Origin: Solirubrobacterales bacterium
GTDB taxonomy: Bacteria > Actinomycetota > Thermoleophilia > Solirubrobacterales > 70-9
Length of the DNA stretch: 64,000 nucleotides
NCBI GenBank assembly: GCA_045805825.1
Contig: JBJMKM010000099.1
Span: 882-64,881, forward strand
Direction: 5' to 3'
The notes under the pieces are model-generated. The model did not search any database, was not told the origin of the DNA, and worked only from the letters and a program-made list of their open reading frames with translations. Shown here piece by piece: positions 25,378 through 34,488 of the stretch. Positions within the stretch are counted from its first letter, which is position 1; every line of letters begins with the position of its first letter. The position numbers and the translations under genes are program-made.

Positions 25378-26298
25378 GTGCGTGTGGCCGTCGTCGACAT
25401 GGGCACGAACTCGACGCGCCTCCTGGTCGCGGACGTCGAGGACGGCCGGGCGAAGGGGCTCGAGCGACGCTCCACCGTGACGCGTCTGGGCCGCGGCGTC
25501 GACACCACGCAGCAGCTCGCGACGGAGGCGATCGACGACGTGGCCAACGCCGTCGGCGAGTACCTAACGATCTACGAGCCCCTGAACCCCGACGCCGTCT
25601 CGGTGCTCGCGACGAGCGCGGTACGCGATGCCGGCAATGCCGGCGCGTTCATCGCAGAGCTTCGTGAGCGCTTCGCGCTCGACGCCAGGATCCTGACCGG
25701 TGAGGAGGAGGCCAGGCTCACGTACCTCGGCGCGGTGGCCGATCGGCCGCCTGCGGACGGGACCCTGGTCATAGACATCGGCGGCGGATCGACCGAGATC
25801 GTCGTCGGCTCCGGCCGCGAGGTGAGCTTCCACACGTCGCTACAGGTCGGGACGGTCCGGCACACCGAGCGCCACATCCGCGAGGACCCACCGACGGGGC
25901 CCGAGCTGGAGGCACTCGCCGAGGATGTGCGGAAGCTGATCTTCGCCGAGCTCGCCGCGGCCGAGTTCTTCGACATCAAGGGCGGTATCGCGGTGGCAGG
26001 CACGCCCACATCGCTCGCCGCGATCGAACAGGAGCTCGACCCGTACGACCCCGAGATGGTCCACGGTTATGTGCTGACACTCGACAGCGTGCAGCGGATG
26101 TACTCGATGCTCTCGGGCAAGACATTGGAGGAGCGTCTGAAGGTCCCCGGCCTCCACCCCGGCCGCGCTCCGACCATCGTCGCGGGCGTGGTGATCTTGA
26201 TCCAGGCGATGCGCGCCTTCGGCCTCCAGCGGATCGAGGTCTCTGAGCACGACATCCTCGACGGCGCCGCGCTCGAGACGGCTCAAGAGGCTGAGTAA
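25378..26298 (+). CDS. Ppx/GppA family phosphatase (exopolyphosphatase / pppGpp phosphohydrolase)
   Basis: GTG start. VAVVDMGTNSTRLLVADV and DIGGGSTEIV, the ASKHA-fold phosphate-binding motifs. Confidence 0.85.
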   Translation: MRVAVVDMGTNSTRLLVADVEDGRAKGLERRSTVTRLGRGVDTTQQLATEAIDDVANAVGEYLTIYEPLNPDAVSVLATSAVRDAGNAGAFIAELRERFALDARILTGEEEARLTYLGAVADRPPADGTLVIDIGGGSTEIVVGSGREVSFHTSLQVGTVRHTERHIREDPPTGPELEALAEDVRKLIFAELAAAEFFDIKGGIAVAGTPTSLAAIEQELDPYDPEMVHGYVLTLDSVQRMYSMLSGKTLEERLKVPGLHPGRAPTIVAGVVILIQAMRAFGLQRIEVSEHDILDGAALETAQEAE

Positions 26299-26664
26299 CT
26301 ACTTCTTGCCGGAGATCCGGTCCCAGGCCCGGCGAAGCTTGTCGCGGGTCTCATCAGGAACCAGGTCGTCGGGGCCCACCTCCATCTCACCCGGGTTCGC
26401 GCTCGGCTCGGGAAGCGTCTCCGCCGTGTCCGCGTCCACACCGAGCACCACGCCGCGCTCGTGGATCGAGGCCACCTGATCCGCGTCAACGAACCGGTGC
26501 CCGCCGGGCAGGACGCTGGTGTCGAGCACGATCCCGTCGAAGACGTCGACGTCAGCGTCCGCGAGGACGTGCTCGACCTTGCCGAGGTGCTTGCCGTCGC
26601 TCGAATAGCAGGCGCAGCCCTCCTCGAGGGTGAGATATGAGATCGGCGCGCCGAGATCCTCCAC
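26299..26664 (-). CDS. Small hypothetical protein, possibly PRC-barrel-like
   Basis: 121 aa from GTG 26664. ...SSDGKHLGKVEHVLADADVDVFDGIVLD...RFVDADQV resembles PRC-barrel/DUF2171 proteins; weak call. Confidence 0.4.
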   Translation of the reverse strand: MEDLGAPISYLTLEEGCACYSSDGKHLGKVEHVLADADVDVFDGIVLDTSVLPGGHRFVDADQVASIHERGVVLGVDADTAETLPEPSANPGEMEVGPDDLVPDETRDKLRRAWDRISGKK

Positions 26665-26688
26665 GGCCGCATCCTACGGACAACTGAT

Positions 26689-27351
26689 ATGCCTCACCCC
26701 ATGGCACTCGAAGTCGCAGTCGTCGGTGGGCACGGCAAGGTCGCGCTGCGGCTCCTGCGGCTGCTCTCTGAGCGCGGCGACCGCGCGCGCGGGCTGATCC
26801 GCAATCCCGACCACGCCTCGGACGTCGAGGCAACGGGCGCGACTGCGGTGGGCGCGGACATCGAGAACCTGGATGCCGACGGGCTCGCCCGCTCGATCGC
26901 CGGCGTCGACGCGGTCGTCTTCGCCGCTGGCGCCGGCGCGGGAAGCGGGGCGGCTCGCAAGCACACGGTCGATTACGGCGGCGCGGTGAAGCTGATCGAG
27001 GCCGCGGGGATGAACGACATCAGTCGCTACCTCATGGTCTCCGCCATCGGAGCCAACCACCCGGAGAACTGGTCGAAGGAGATGCGCCCCTACTACGAGG
27101 CCAAGGCGCAGGCCGACGCCGTGCTCACGGATAGCGGCCTCGAGTACACGGTCGTGCGCCCCGGCGGTCTCACCGACGACCCCGGTACGGGGCTGGTGAA
27201 CGCCGCCGAGGACCTGGGCTACGGCCAAATTCCGCGTGACGACGTGGCGGCCACTCTGCTCGGGTGCTTGGACGAGCCGGGCACGATCCGCAAGGCGTTC
27301 GACCTGGTCGGCGGCGAGACGCCGATCGGCGACGCGCTCGCGGCGCTGTAG
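26689..27351 (+). CDS. NAD(P)H-binding SDR-like protein (YwnB/NmrA type)
   Basis: VAVVGGHGKVALRLLRLL..RG....GLIRNP...DAVVFAAGAG...Y..AK..AD: atypical SDR pattern. Start is ATG 26689 or 26701. Confidence 0.7.
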   Translation: MPHPMALEVAVVGGHGKVALRLLRLLSERGDRARGLIRNPDHASDVEATGATAVGADIENLDADGLARSIAGVDAVVFAAGAGAGSGAARKHTVDYGGAVKLIEAAGMNDISRYLMVSAIGANHPENWSKEMRPYYEAKAQADAVLTDSGLEYTVVRPGGLTDDPGTGLVNAAEDLGYGQIPRDDVAATLLGCLDEPGTIRKAFDLVGGETPIGDALAAL

Positions 27352-27516
27352 CCGACGCGCTGCTCAACGCCCGCGTCCTCGCATTTCCGTCCATTCAGCC
27401 GAATGCATGTTTGCGACCTCGATCACAAGGGAATGGATGCGGCACACCCCGAGCACGAAGGCTCGCACGGAGTGCGTAGGGGGCAGGAGGTATGGACGAC
27501 CAAGGGGGTTCACGGC

Positions 27517-27933
27517 ATGTACCACTTCAGCCGCTCCATCTATAGGGAGTTGGCGCCACGTGTGGCTGGGGATGACGACGACCCGAGCGGGACTCGGAAC
27601 CGGCAGGCAGTGCTGGATGCGTGTGAGGCCGCGATCCAGCGCCTGACCTACGACGGCCGCTACTTCGCCCGGCCTGCGCGATGGCTGTTCAACGAGGTCA
27701 GGCCTTATATGCGGATGAGCGACCAGCTCTACACCTGGCGCGTGATCGAGATGAACATCAACCTCGCGACCAAGTACCTCGCGCAGTGTCCGGCAGGTGT
27801 CGATCTCGATGGGCGGCCGCGGCATTGCCAGGCGCACACCCGCGAGGGCGCCCCGTGCCAGCGCGCGCCGCTGCCGGGTCGCGACTTCTGCCCGTCGCAC
27901 AAGCATTTCGAGGAGTTCCTGGCCGCCGCATAG
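27517..27933 (+). CDS. Hypothetical protein with C-terminal Cys/His cluster
   Basis: ATG 27517 preceded by AAGGGGG. C-terminus HCQAHTREGAPCQRAPLPGRDFCPSHKH looks like a zinc knuckle. I recognise no family. Confidence 0.45.
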   Translation: MYHFSRSIYRELAPRVAGDDDDPSGTRNRQAVLDACEAAIQRLTYDGRYFARPARWLFNEVRPYMRMSDQLYTWRVIEMNINLATKYLAQCPAGVDLDGRPRHCQAHTREGAPCQRAPLPGRDFCPSHKHFEEFLAAA

Positions 27934-27997
27934 CACCGCCAGCGATAAGCCCCGAACGCGCCTACAAGGTCGTGCTCGGTATGCCATCGTCCGGTTG

Positions 27998-29500
27998 ATG
28001 GCGGAAGGACGGATCTCGCGACGCGGCCTCCTCGGCGGCGCGACGGCCGCGGGCGCGGGCGCAGCGCTCGCTCGCGTGCCCGGCGCTCGCGCGGCCGACG
28101 GGCACCGGCACGGCCGACGGCGAAAATGCGACGTCGCGATCGTCGGGGCCGGATTCGCGGGGCTGACCGCGGCGCGCAAGCTTCGCCACGCCGGCAAGTC
28201 CGTCCTGGTCCTGGAGGCCCGCGAGAGGGTCGGCGGACGGGCGCTCAACCGGGAGATCGGGGGCGGCGATGTATCCGAGCGTGGCGCGACGTTCGTGGGC
28301 CCCACGCAGGACCACATCCTGCGCCTGGCCGAGGCGCTCGGCGTTCGCAAGTTCCCGACCTTCAACAAGGGCGACAACGTCTACGTCGACTTCAACGGTG
28401 TGCGCACCACCTACAGCGACACCGGCCCGACGGGGTCGGCACCGCCGGATCCACGGATCCTGCCGGAGCTGGGGCGAACCGTGGCCAGGCTGGACAAGAT
28501 GTCGCTCGACGTGCCTGTGGATGCCCCCTGGGAGGCTCCGAGCGCCGAGGAGTGGGACCAACAGACCTTCGCCAGCTGGCTGCTCGACAACAGCGACACG
28601 GAGGAGTTCCGGCAGCTCGTCTCAAGGGGTGCGACCCGGCCGATCTTCGGCTCGGAGCCTCCCGACCTTTCACTTCTCTTCGTCCTCTTCTACATCGCCG
28701 CGTCGGGGAACGAGCAGAACCCCGGCACCTTCGAGCGCAACTTCAACACCCGCAACGGAGCGCAGATGTGGCGGCTCGTCGGTGGATCGCAGCGACTGTG
28801 CAAGAAGATGGCGCGCGACCTCGGCGCGCGGGTGCTCCTGCAGGCGCCGGTTCGGTCGATCTCGCAGCAACGCCACGGGGTGACCGTGCATACCCGCGCT
28901 TTCGACGTGCACGCGAAGCGCGTGATCGTCGCCGTCCCACCCACCCTCGCCGGACGGATCGCCTACCACCCGCGCCTGCCGGCCCGCCGCGACCAGCTGA
29001 CCCAGCGGCTGCCGCAGGGCACGCTGATCAAGGCGACCGCCGTCTACGACCGCCCGTTTTGGCGCGATGCCGGGCTCAACGGCAGCGTCGTGTCATACGA
29101 GGGCCCGGCCAACACGACCTTCGACGACTCGCCGCCGGACGGATCCAAGGGAGTGGTCTTCGGGTTCATCGGCGGCAATGCGGCTCGCAGCTTCACCGAC
29201 CTGTCGAAGGCGGATCGGCGCGCGGCCGTGCTGCGGAACTTCCGCAAGTACTTCGGCCCGAAGGCATCACACCCGCGGGAGTACTTCGAGACCAACTGGT
29301 CGCAGAAGACCTGGACGCGGGGCTGTCCGGTGGCGGTCGCGGGCCCCGGCACGCTCACGCAGTTCGGACGGGCGCTCCGCGAGCCGGTGGACAGGATCCA
29401 CTGGGCCGGCACCGAGACCTCGACCTTCTGGAACGGCTACATGGACGGGGCCGTGCGCTCGGGGCAGCGGGCGGCAAGCGAAGTGCTCGACAGCCTGTAA
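27998..29500 (+). CDS. Tat-exported flavin-containing amine oxidase
   Basis: ATG 27998. Twin-arginine signal ISRRGLLGGATAAGAGAALA. FAD motif DVAIVGAGFAGLTAARKL...VLVLEARERVGGR. C-terminal WAGTETS...GYMDGAVRSG is typical of the MAO/putrescine oxidase family. Confidence 0.8.
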   Translation: MAEGRISRRGLLGGATAAGAGAALARVPGARAADGHRHGRRRKCDVAIVGAGFAGLTAARKLRHAGKSVLVLEARERVGGRALNREIGGGDVSERGATFVGPTQDHILRLAEALGVRKFPTFNKGDNVYVDFNGVRTTYSDTGPTGSAPPDPRILPELGRTVARLDKMSLDVPVDAPWEAPSAEEWDQQTFASWLLDNSDTEEFRQLVSRGATRPIFGSEPPDLSLLFVLFYIAASGNEQNPGTFERNFNTRNGAQMWRLVGGSQRLCKKMARDLGARVLLQAPVRSISQQRHGVTVHTRAFDVHAKRVIVAVPPTLAGRIAYHPRLPARRDQLTQRLPQGTLIKATAVYDRPFWRDAGLNGSVVSYEGPANTTFDDSPPDGSKGVVFGFIGGNAARSFTDLSKADRRAAVLRNFRKYFGPKASHPREYFETNWSQKTWTRGCPVAVAGPGTLTQFGRALREPVDRIHWAGTETSTFWNGYMDGAVRSGQRAASEVLDSL

Positions 29501-29578
29501 TCGCTTCCCGCAAACGGCGTCTGGTGGATTGGGGACGCTGTGGCGTACCCAAAGCACCAAACGTTTCGAGAGTGAGTC

Positions 29579-30532
29579 CTACGTGCCCTGGGCCTGGGGT
29601 TGGCTCGCGGCCTTCGCAACGCCCTCGCGGATCTCGTCGCGAAGGCGCGCGGCGATATGCGCCGCGGCGCCGCGCATCCGGTCGAGCTCCGCGGCGCTCT
29701 TCTTGTGCCCCTTGACGTTGCAGCAGAGGACGCTGTCCTCGAGCTCGAAGGCGAACTTCTCCGGCGCCTCGTCGGTCATCCAGACGATGAACGTCGGCGA
29801 GAAGAGCTGGCGGAGGAAGTTCTGGTCCTGGTCCTTCGAGGTGAAGATCTCGTACTCGGTGTCGAGCTTCTCGCTCTCGAACTCCACCCGCTGCTTCGAG
29901 CGAAAGACGTCCTCGAGCTTCTCGAATACCCGGAACCCGAACTTGCGGTTGGCGTAGAGCTCCGGCAGCTGGGTGCGGCACTCCGGGACGTCCGTCGTGC
30001 AGACCGTGAAGTGGTAGTCGGTCTCGTGGCGGCCGTCCTTGTCGTAGTAGACGTCGGTGTAGGTGTAGAGCGCGACTGCACCCTCCGTCCCGTCTCCGAG
30101 CGGTCCTGACAGGATCTCCTCGGCCTTGCGCTCATCGCCACGGCGAAGGAGCGGCGTCGACCCGGGCAGCTGTCCGTCCTCGGTGCGAATGAGGCCGCGC
30201 TCCTCGGCGTAGGCGTCGAAGAAGGCGTCCTCGGCGCGCGAGACGGCCTTGATCCAGCAGACGAGCACCGTGATCAGCGTTCCCGCAATGAGGATGACCG
30301 GGACCCAGAGCGGGTTCCCGAACGCGAGGGCGATCGCGAGGATGGCCGAGGGAATCCCGGCCCACAGCCAGGTCTTCCTGCTGCCGATCAGCCGGTGGAA
30401 GTGAAATGCGCGAAGGTCGTTGGAGTCGTCGGGAGCCGTGTCCGGCGTACCCGGATCGCGCGAGACCGCCGCATCGGCCGGCCCGGTCGGCTCGGTCTCT
30501 CGCTCCTGAGCGGCCTCTGGCTCGCTCGCCAT
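29579..30532 (-). CDS. Two-TM membrane protein with acidic N-terminal tail and cytoplasmic C-terminal domain of unknown function
   Basis: 317 aa. TM hairpin WLWAGIPSAILAIALAFGNPLWVPVILIAGTLITVLVCWI followed by a 200-aa soluble domain. The architecture reminds me of DUF3137, but I cannot confirm that. Confidence 0.5.
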   Translation of the reverse strand: MASEPEAAQERETEPTGPADAAVSRDPGTPDTAPDDSNDLRAFHFHRLIGSRKTWLWAGIPSAILAIALAFGNPLWVPVILIAGTLITVLVCWIKAVSRAEDAFFDAYAEERGLIRTEDGQLPGSTPLLRRGDERKAEEILSGPLGDGTEGAVALYTYTDVYYDKDGRHETDYHFTVCTTDVPECRTQLPELYANRKFGFRVFEKLEDVFRSKQRVEFESEKLDTEYEIFTSKDQDQNFLRQLFSPTFIVWMTDEAPEKFAFELEDSVLCCNVKGHKKSAAELDRMRGAAAHIAARLRDEIREGVAKAASQPQAQGT

Positions 30533-30540
30533 TGCGGAAC

Positions 30541-31128
30541 CTAATCGCGGGCAGGCAGTCGGCGGTCGAGCAGGGCGGTGAGGTGCCGGACACGCTGCAG
30601 CGAAACCGAACCCGGGCGCCGCAGCTCTTCCGCCAGAACGTGGGGCCGGTCGATCAGAACGTCGTCAAGGGACAGTTGGCGCACGCGCGGCAGTCCGTTG
30701 TGCTCCACCCAGCAGATGGCGCCGCCGATTGGGAGGTTGGGCGACGCGGACAATCCGAGCCGGATCACCTCGACCTGGCGCAAGACGTCGCGGACCAGCG
30801 AGGTGCGGTCCTCGCCGTTCACCAGCAGCCGGCCCTCGACAATCCGTGCCCGGCCGCGCTCGCGAACCGCGTCGATGACCGTGACCCCGCGCGGGCCGAT
30901 CGCGAGGTGGTCGATAGTCGCACGGGCACCCGGCACCCGCCGGTCGTTCAGCAGACGGACGCCGGAGCCGGCGAGAAGCGCCTCGAGCCGTCGGGCTCGC
31001 TCCTCGCTCTCCGCCCTTCGTGCCCAGCGGGCCTCGTGAAGCGAGTCCGCCGAGAGTGCCTCGAGAACCGTGACGAGCCGGCCACGGCGGCGGAGCGACG
31101 ACGGGCGGACGGGGGCACTCCCATGCAC
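30541..31128 (-). CDS. NERD (nuclease-related) domain protein
   Basis: ...LLNDRRVPGARATIDHLAIGPRGVTVIDAVRERGRARI.....LLVNGEDRT.LV: the NERD core. The position usually occupied by Lys after VID reads A-V-R. Confidence 0.6.
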   Translation of the reverse strand: MHGSAPVRPSSLRRRGRLVTVLEALSADSLHEARWARRAESEERARRLEALLAGSGVRLLNDRRVPGARATIDHLAIGPRGVTVIDAVRERGRARIVEGRLLVNGEDRTSLVRDVLRQVEVIRLGLSASPNLPIGGAICWVEHNGLPRVRQLSLDDVLIDRPHVLAEELRRPGSVSLQRVRHLTALLDRRLPARD

Positions 31129-31212
31129 GCCTCAAATATCGGCAGCGCGCGCTGCGTACATGAATTTGCAACTGGAGCGGTGTCGAGGTCCGCCGATGGG
31201 TAATGGGAGCGC

Positions 31213-32241
31213 ATGGGAGACGGGGCCATCGCCACGGATGCGCGACGGACGGAAGGCTCGCGAGATGACTCTCGTGCGAAACCGACGAGCGAGCGAAGCC
31301 TCGCCCGGGTCCGCGACGCCGGCGAGAGCCGCAAGACGGTCCTCATCGCGCTGGTGGCGAATGCCCTGATCGCACTGGCGAAGCTCGGGGGCGGACTGCT
31401 GAGTGGGTCCGCGGCGATGTTCGCGGAGGCCGCGCACTCGCTCGCCGACACGACCAACCAGGCCTTCCTTTTGGTCTCGATCCAGCTCGGCAAGCGCGAG
31501 CCGACTCCCGAGCGCCCGTTCGGATTCGGGCAGGAGCGCTATCTGTGGACGTTCATGGCCGCCGTCGGGATGTTCCTGGCGGGCGCGATCTTTGCGATCG
31601 GCTTCGGGGGCATGGAGCTGGCGACCGGCGGCGGAGAGAGCGAGGGGTTCGAGATCGCCTACGTAGTCCTCGCCGTCTCGTTCGCCGCCGAGGGCACATC
31701 CTGGGTCCGCGCCTTCCGCCAGACGCGCGGCGAGGCCCGAGATGCGGGCAAACCCGTTTGGCGATACGCCCGCGAGAGCCGCGATCCCAACGTGAAGATG
31801 GTGCTGTTCGAGGACACCGTGGCCCTGATCGGAATCGCACTGGCGACGGCAGGCATCGCCTTGAACGAGCTCACCGGGCTCACCTTCTTCGACCCGGCGG
31901 CCTCGATCCTGATCGGCCTGCTCCTGGTCTGCGTCGCGTTCTGGATGGGCCGCGATGCCAAGCATCTGCTGATCGGTTCGGCCGCCCTGCCGGAGGAGCG
32001 CGAGGAACTCGAGAGCGCGATCGAGTCCTACGAGGAGGTCGAGGAGGTCGAGGAGCTGCTCACCATGGTTCTGGGCCCGAACGCGGTGCTGGTCGCAGCA
32101 AGGGTCAACCTGCGCGACGACATCGACGCCGACCGCGTGGAGAAGGTCTCCACGGAGATCGACGAGCGACTCCGCGATGTCGTGCCTGACGTGACCGAGG
32201 TCTTCCTGGACGCAACGCCCGGCTCGGCTCGCTCCGGCTAA
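31213..32241 (+). CDS. Cation diffusion facilitator (CDF) family metal efflux transporter
   Basis: VLIALVANALIALAKLGGGLLSGSAAMFAEAAHSLADTTNQ...RPFGFGQERY, six TM helices plus a C-terminal cytoplasmic domain. Confidence 0.85.
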   Translation: MGDGAIATDARRTEGSRDDSRAKPTSERSLARVRDAGESRKTVLIALVANALIALAKLGGGLLSGSAAMFAEAAHSLADTTNQAFLLVSIQLGKREPTPERPFGFGQERYLWTFMAAVGMFLAGAIFAIGFGGMELATGGGESEGFEIAYVVLAVSFAAEGTSWVRAFRQTRGEARDAGKPVWRYARESRDPNVKMVLFEDTVALIGIALATAGIALNELTGLTFFDPAASILIGLLLVCVAFWMGRDAKHLLIGSAALPEEREELESAIESYEEVEEVEELLTMVLGPNAVLVAARVNLRDDIDADRVEKVSTEIDERLRDVVPDVTEVFLDATPGSARSG

Positions 32242-32364
32242 GAGTGCGGCTGGACTGACGACCCCCTCGGCGGCCTGGGAACCGGCGCAAATCGACCCCG
32301 GCCCGCTTAAGGTCTGGATGTCTCGATCCGGATGGATGAAGCGCATGCAAGGAGGGCTGAAGGA

Positions 32365-33606
32365 ATGCTGAGGTCGCGGGGGATCATCCTCTTCGCTGTC
32401 GTCGCGCTCGCCGCGGCGTTGTTCGTTCCTGTGTCGCAGGCCGGCGCGAAGCAGCGGGGCGGCGGCGACATCCGTCACGTCGTCTTCGTCGGCAACAACT
32501 GGGACGGAACCGCGGACGTCCTCTATCCGCACGACCACTACCGGCGCGTGGCCAGGATCAACATCGTCCCCGACCTTCAGAAGCGGCTCCTGGACATCTA
32601 CACGCATCCGGACAAGCTCGCCTACTTCCTCGCCATCCGAGAGCTCGTCGGGGAGGGACACGACCAGTACGTCGACGACATGTACTCGACGCCCGACGGC
32701 AGGCTCCTGATCGTCTCCCGCCCGAGCCTCGCCGATGTCGTGGGCATCAACTTCAAAACCGGAAAGATCGCCTGGCGATTCCCGATGGACGGCTATCGCT
32801 CCGACCACATGGGCCTCTCCCCGGACGGCAAGCAGGTGGCGGTCTCGGACTCCACCGCGAACGTCGTACACGTGCTGGACACGCGGACCGGCAAGGAGCT
32901 CGGCCAGTTCCCGTCAGGCGATTCTCCGCATGAGAACACCTACTCCCGCGACGGGAAGCTGATCTACCACGCCAGCATCGGACGGGTCTACACCCCGACC
33001 GACGACCCGGCGATGGACACCTCGAAGGGCGAGCGCTGGTTCGAGATCGTCAACGCCAAGAACTTCAAGGTGCTGAAGAGGATCGACATGGGCAAGAAGC
33101 TCGAGCAGGCGGGCTACCCCGACATGAGCTCGTCCGTCCGGCCGATGGCCCTTGCGCCGAACGAGCACTGGGTCTACTTCCAGGTGTCGTTCTTCCACGG
33201 GTTCGTCGAGTACAACCTCGACACCGACCGGGTGCGAAGGGTCGTTCCGCTCCCGATTCGCACGGATGAGCCGAAGGAGAACTACCTGCTCGACTCCGCG
33301 CACCACGGAATCGCCATGAACGGCCGCGGGACCCGGCTGTGCATCGCCGGGACGATGGACAACTACGCCGCGATCGTCACCCGGAAGTCGATGAAGTACA
33401 AGATCGTCAAGCACGGCGTGAAGCCGTACTGGTCGACCACCAGCCGCAACGGGCGCAAGTGCTACGTCTCTTGGAGTGGGAACGACTCGATCTCGGTCAT
33501 CAGCTACCGCAAGCGCAAGGAGGTGGCCCACATCAAGGTCGGCGACCACCCACAGCGGATCCGATCGGGCAATGTCACGGCCGCCTGGCTCGCCGCGCGA
33601 CGATAG
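32365..33606 (+). CDS. Secreted beta-propeller protein (YncE/YVTN-like)
   Basis: ATG 32365 preceded by AAGGAGGG. Signal MLRSRGIILFAVVALAAALFVPVSQAGA. Repeated SPDGK.V.VS...N.V.V.D-type blades. Confidence 0.6.
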   Translation: MLRSRGIILFAVVALAAALFVPVSQAGAKQRGGGDIRHVVFVGNNWDGTADVLYPHDHYRRVARINIVPDLQKRLLDIYTHPDKLAYFLAIRELVGEGHDQYVDDMYSTPDGRLLIVSRPSLADVVGINFKTGKIAWRFPMDGYRSDHMGLSPDGKQVAVSDSTANVVHVLDTRTGKELGQFPSGDSPHENTYSRDGKLIYHASIGRVYTPTDDPAMDTSKGERWFEIVNAKNFKVLKRIDMGKKLEQAGYPDMSSSVRPMALAPNEHWVYFQVSFFHGFVEYNLDTDRVRRVVPLPIRTDEPKENYLLDSAHHGIAMNGRGTRLCIAGTMDNYAAIVTRKSMKYKIVKHGVKPYWSTTSRNGRKCYVSWSGNDSISVISYRKRKEVAHIKVGDHPQRIRSGNVTAAWLAARR

Positions 33607-33609
33607 ACC

Positions 33610-34488
33610 TCAGGCCGGTTTGCAGATCGCGAATCCCGTGAAGTCCTTCGCCGCGCCCGAGTCGTTGGCGGCGCCGACCTGCCACGCGTAATCCGGGACC
33701 GAATTCACGTTTCCCGACGAGTCGATCGGTCCCGCGGTCGCGATGTGGGCCCGATCCTGATTCCCGCTCCACATGCCGCCGCCCGCGATCGGCACCTCGC
33801 CCGCCGCCAGGCACGAGGGGCGCGCGAGGAACCCGTTCGGGTTCGCGGGAGCGTCGGTGAACACGCTCTTGTAGTAAGTCAAGCCCAAGCCTGGTGGGAC
33901 GCAGACCGCGCCCACCGTGATGTTCCGCTCGGCACCCTCGTTGGCGACGGTCACGCGCCATAGCTCAAAGGCCTTCACTGGATGGAAGCCCGAGACGTGG
34001 ACGGTCGAGACGTCCCCGCCGATCCGCACGCCTCCGCTTGCGATGACCGTCTTCGCGGGACAGGGCGCGTTGGCGCTCATGATGGTCGGGCTCGTCGTCG
34101 TGCCCGCGGCAACCGTCACCTCCTTCGTGACGTAGTTGACCGCCGCCGCAGTCTTGCGGCAGAGCGCCAGCGTCGAGATGTTCTTGCCGAACCCCACATT
34201 CCAGCCCGCTGACGTCCAGTTCGTGTGGAAGGACCCAAAGCTGCTCGTCGTCATCCTCGCGTCGCTGAAACCGGTCGAGAACGTCCCCCCGGAGAGCGGC
34301 TGGTAATCGGCTCCACAGTTGATCGCGTCGCTCCAGTTCGACCCGGCGCCGAGCACATTCATCGTGTTCTTTACGTACTTGATCCCATGAGCCGTTCCGA
34401 TCACGGTCGCGCCGGCGCTGCCAGTTCCCAGTGCGGCGGTGACCAGGACGGCCACGAGCACGGCGGACGGCCCTCGCACCAGCCTCAT
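33610..34488 (-). CDS. Secreted hypothetical protein (Cys-containing, beta-rich)
   Basis: ATG 34488 overlaps the P450 stop (ATGA). Signal MRLVRGPSAVLVAVLVTAALGTGSAGA. No known domain recognised. The track ORF extension upstream of 34488 is antisense noise within the P450 gene. Confidence 0.55.
   Translation of the reverse strand: MRLVRGPSAVLVAVLVTAALGTGSAGATVIGTAHGIKYVKNTMNVLGAGSNWSDAINCGADYQPLSGGTFSTGFSDARMTTSSFGSFHTNWTSAGWNVGFGKNISTLALCRKTAAAVNYVTKEVTVAAGTTTSPTIMSANAPCPAKTVIASGGVRIGGDVSTVHVSGFHPVKAFELWRVTVANEGAERNITVGAVCVPPGLGLTYYKSVFTDAPANPNGFLARPSCLAAGEVPIAGGGMWSGNQDRAHIATAGPIDSSGNVNSVPDYAWQVGAANDSGAAKDFTGFAICKPA

Noticed and set aside
31129-31212. Possible metal (NiCo/czcD-type) riboswitch upstream of the CDF transporter.
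   Set aside because: Only 84 nt are available and I cannot find the conserved paired elements or junction nucleotides. There is just one short GC palindrome.
31132-32871. Very long ORFs on the strand opposite to well-supported genes (for example 31132..32871, 42768..44318, 59483..60850, 20070..21362, 17933..19177, 9837..10826, 58..729).
   Set aside because: These are typical stop-codon-poor antisense frames of a roughly 70% GC genome. Their translations are Arg/Pro/Gly/Ala-rich with no motifs, whereas the opposite-strand genes carry clear family signatures, RBSs and sensible boundaries.
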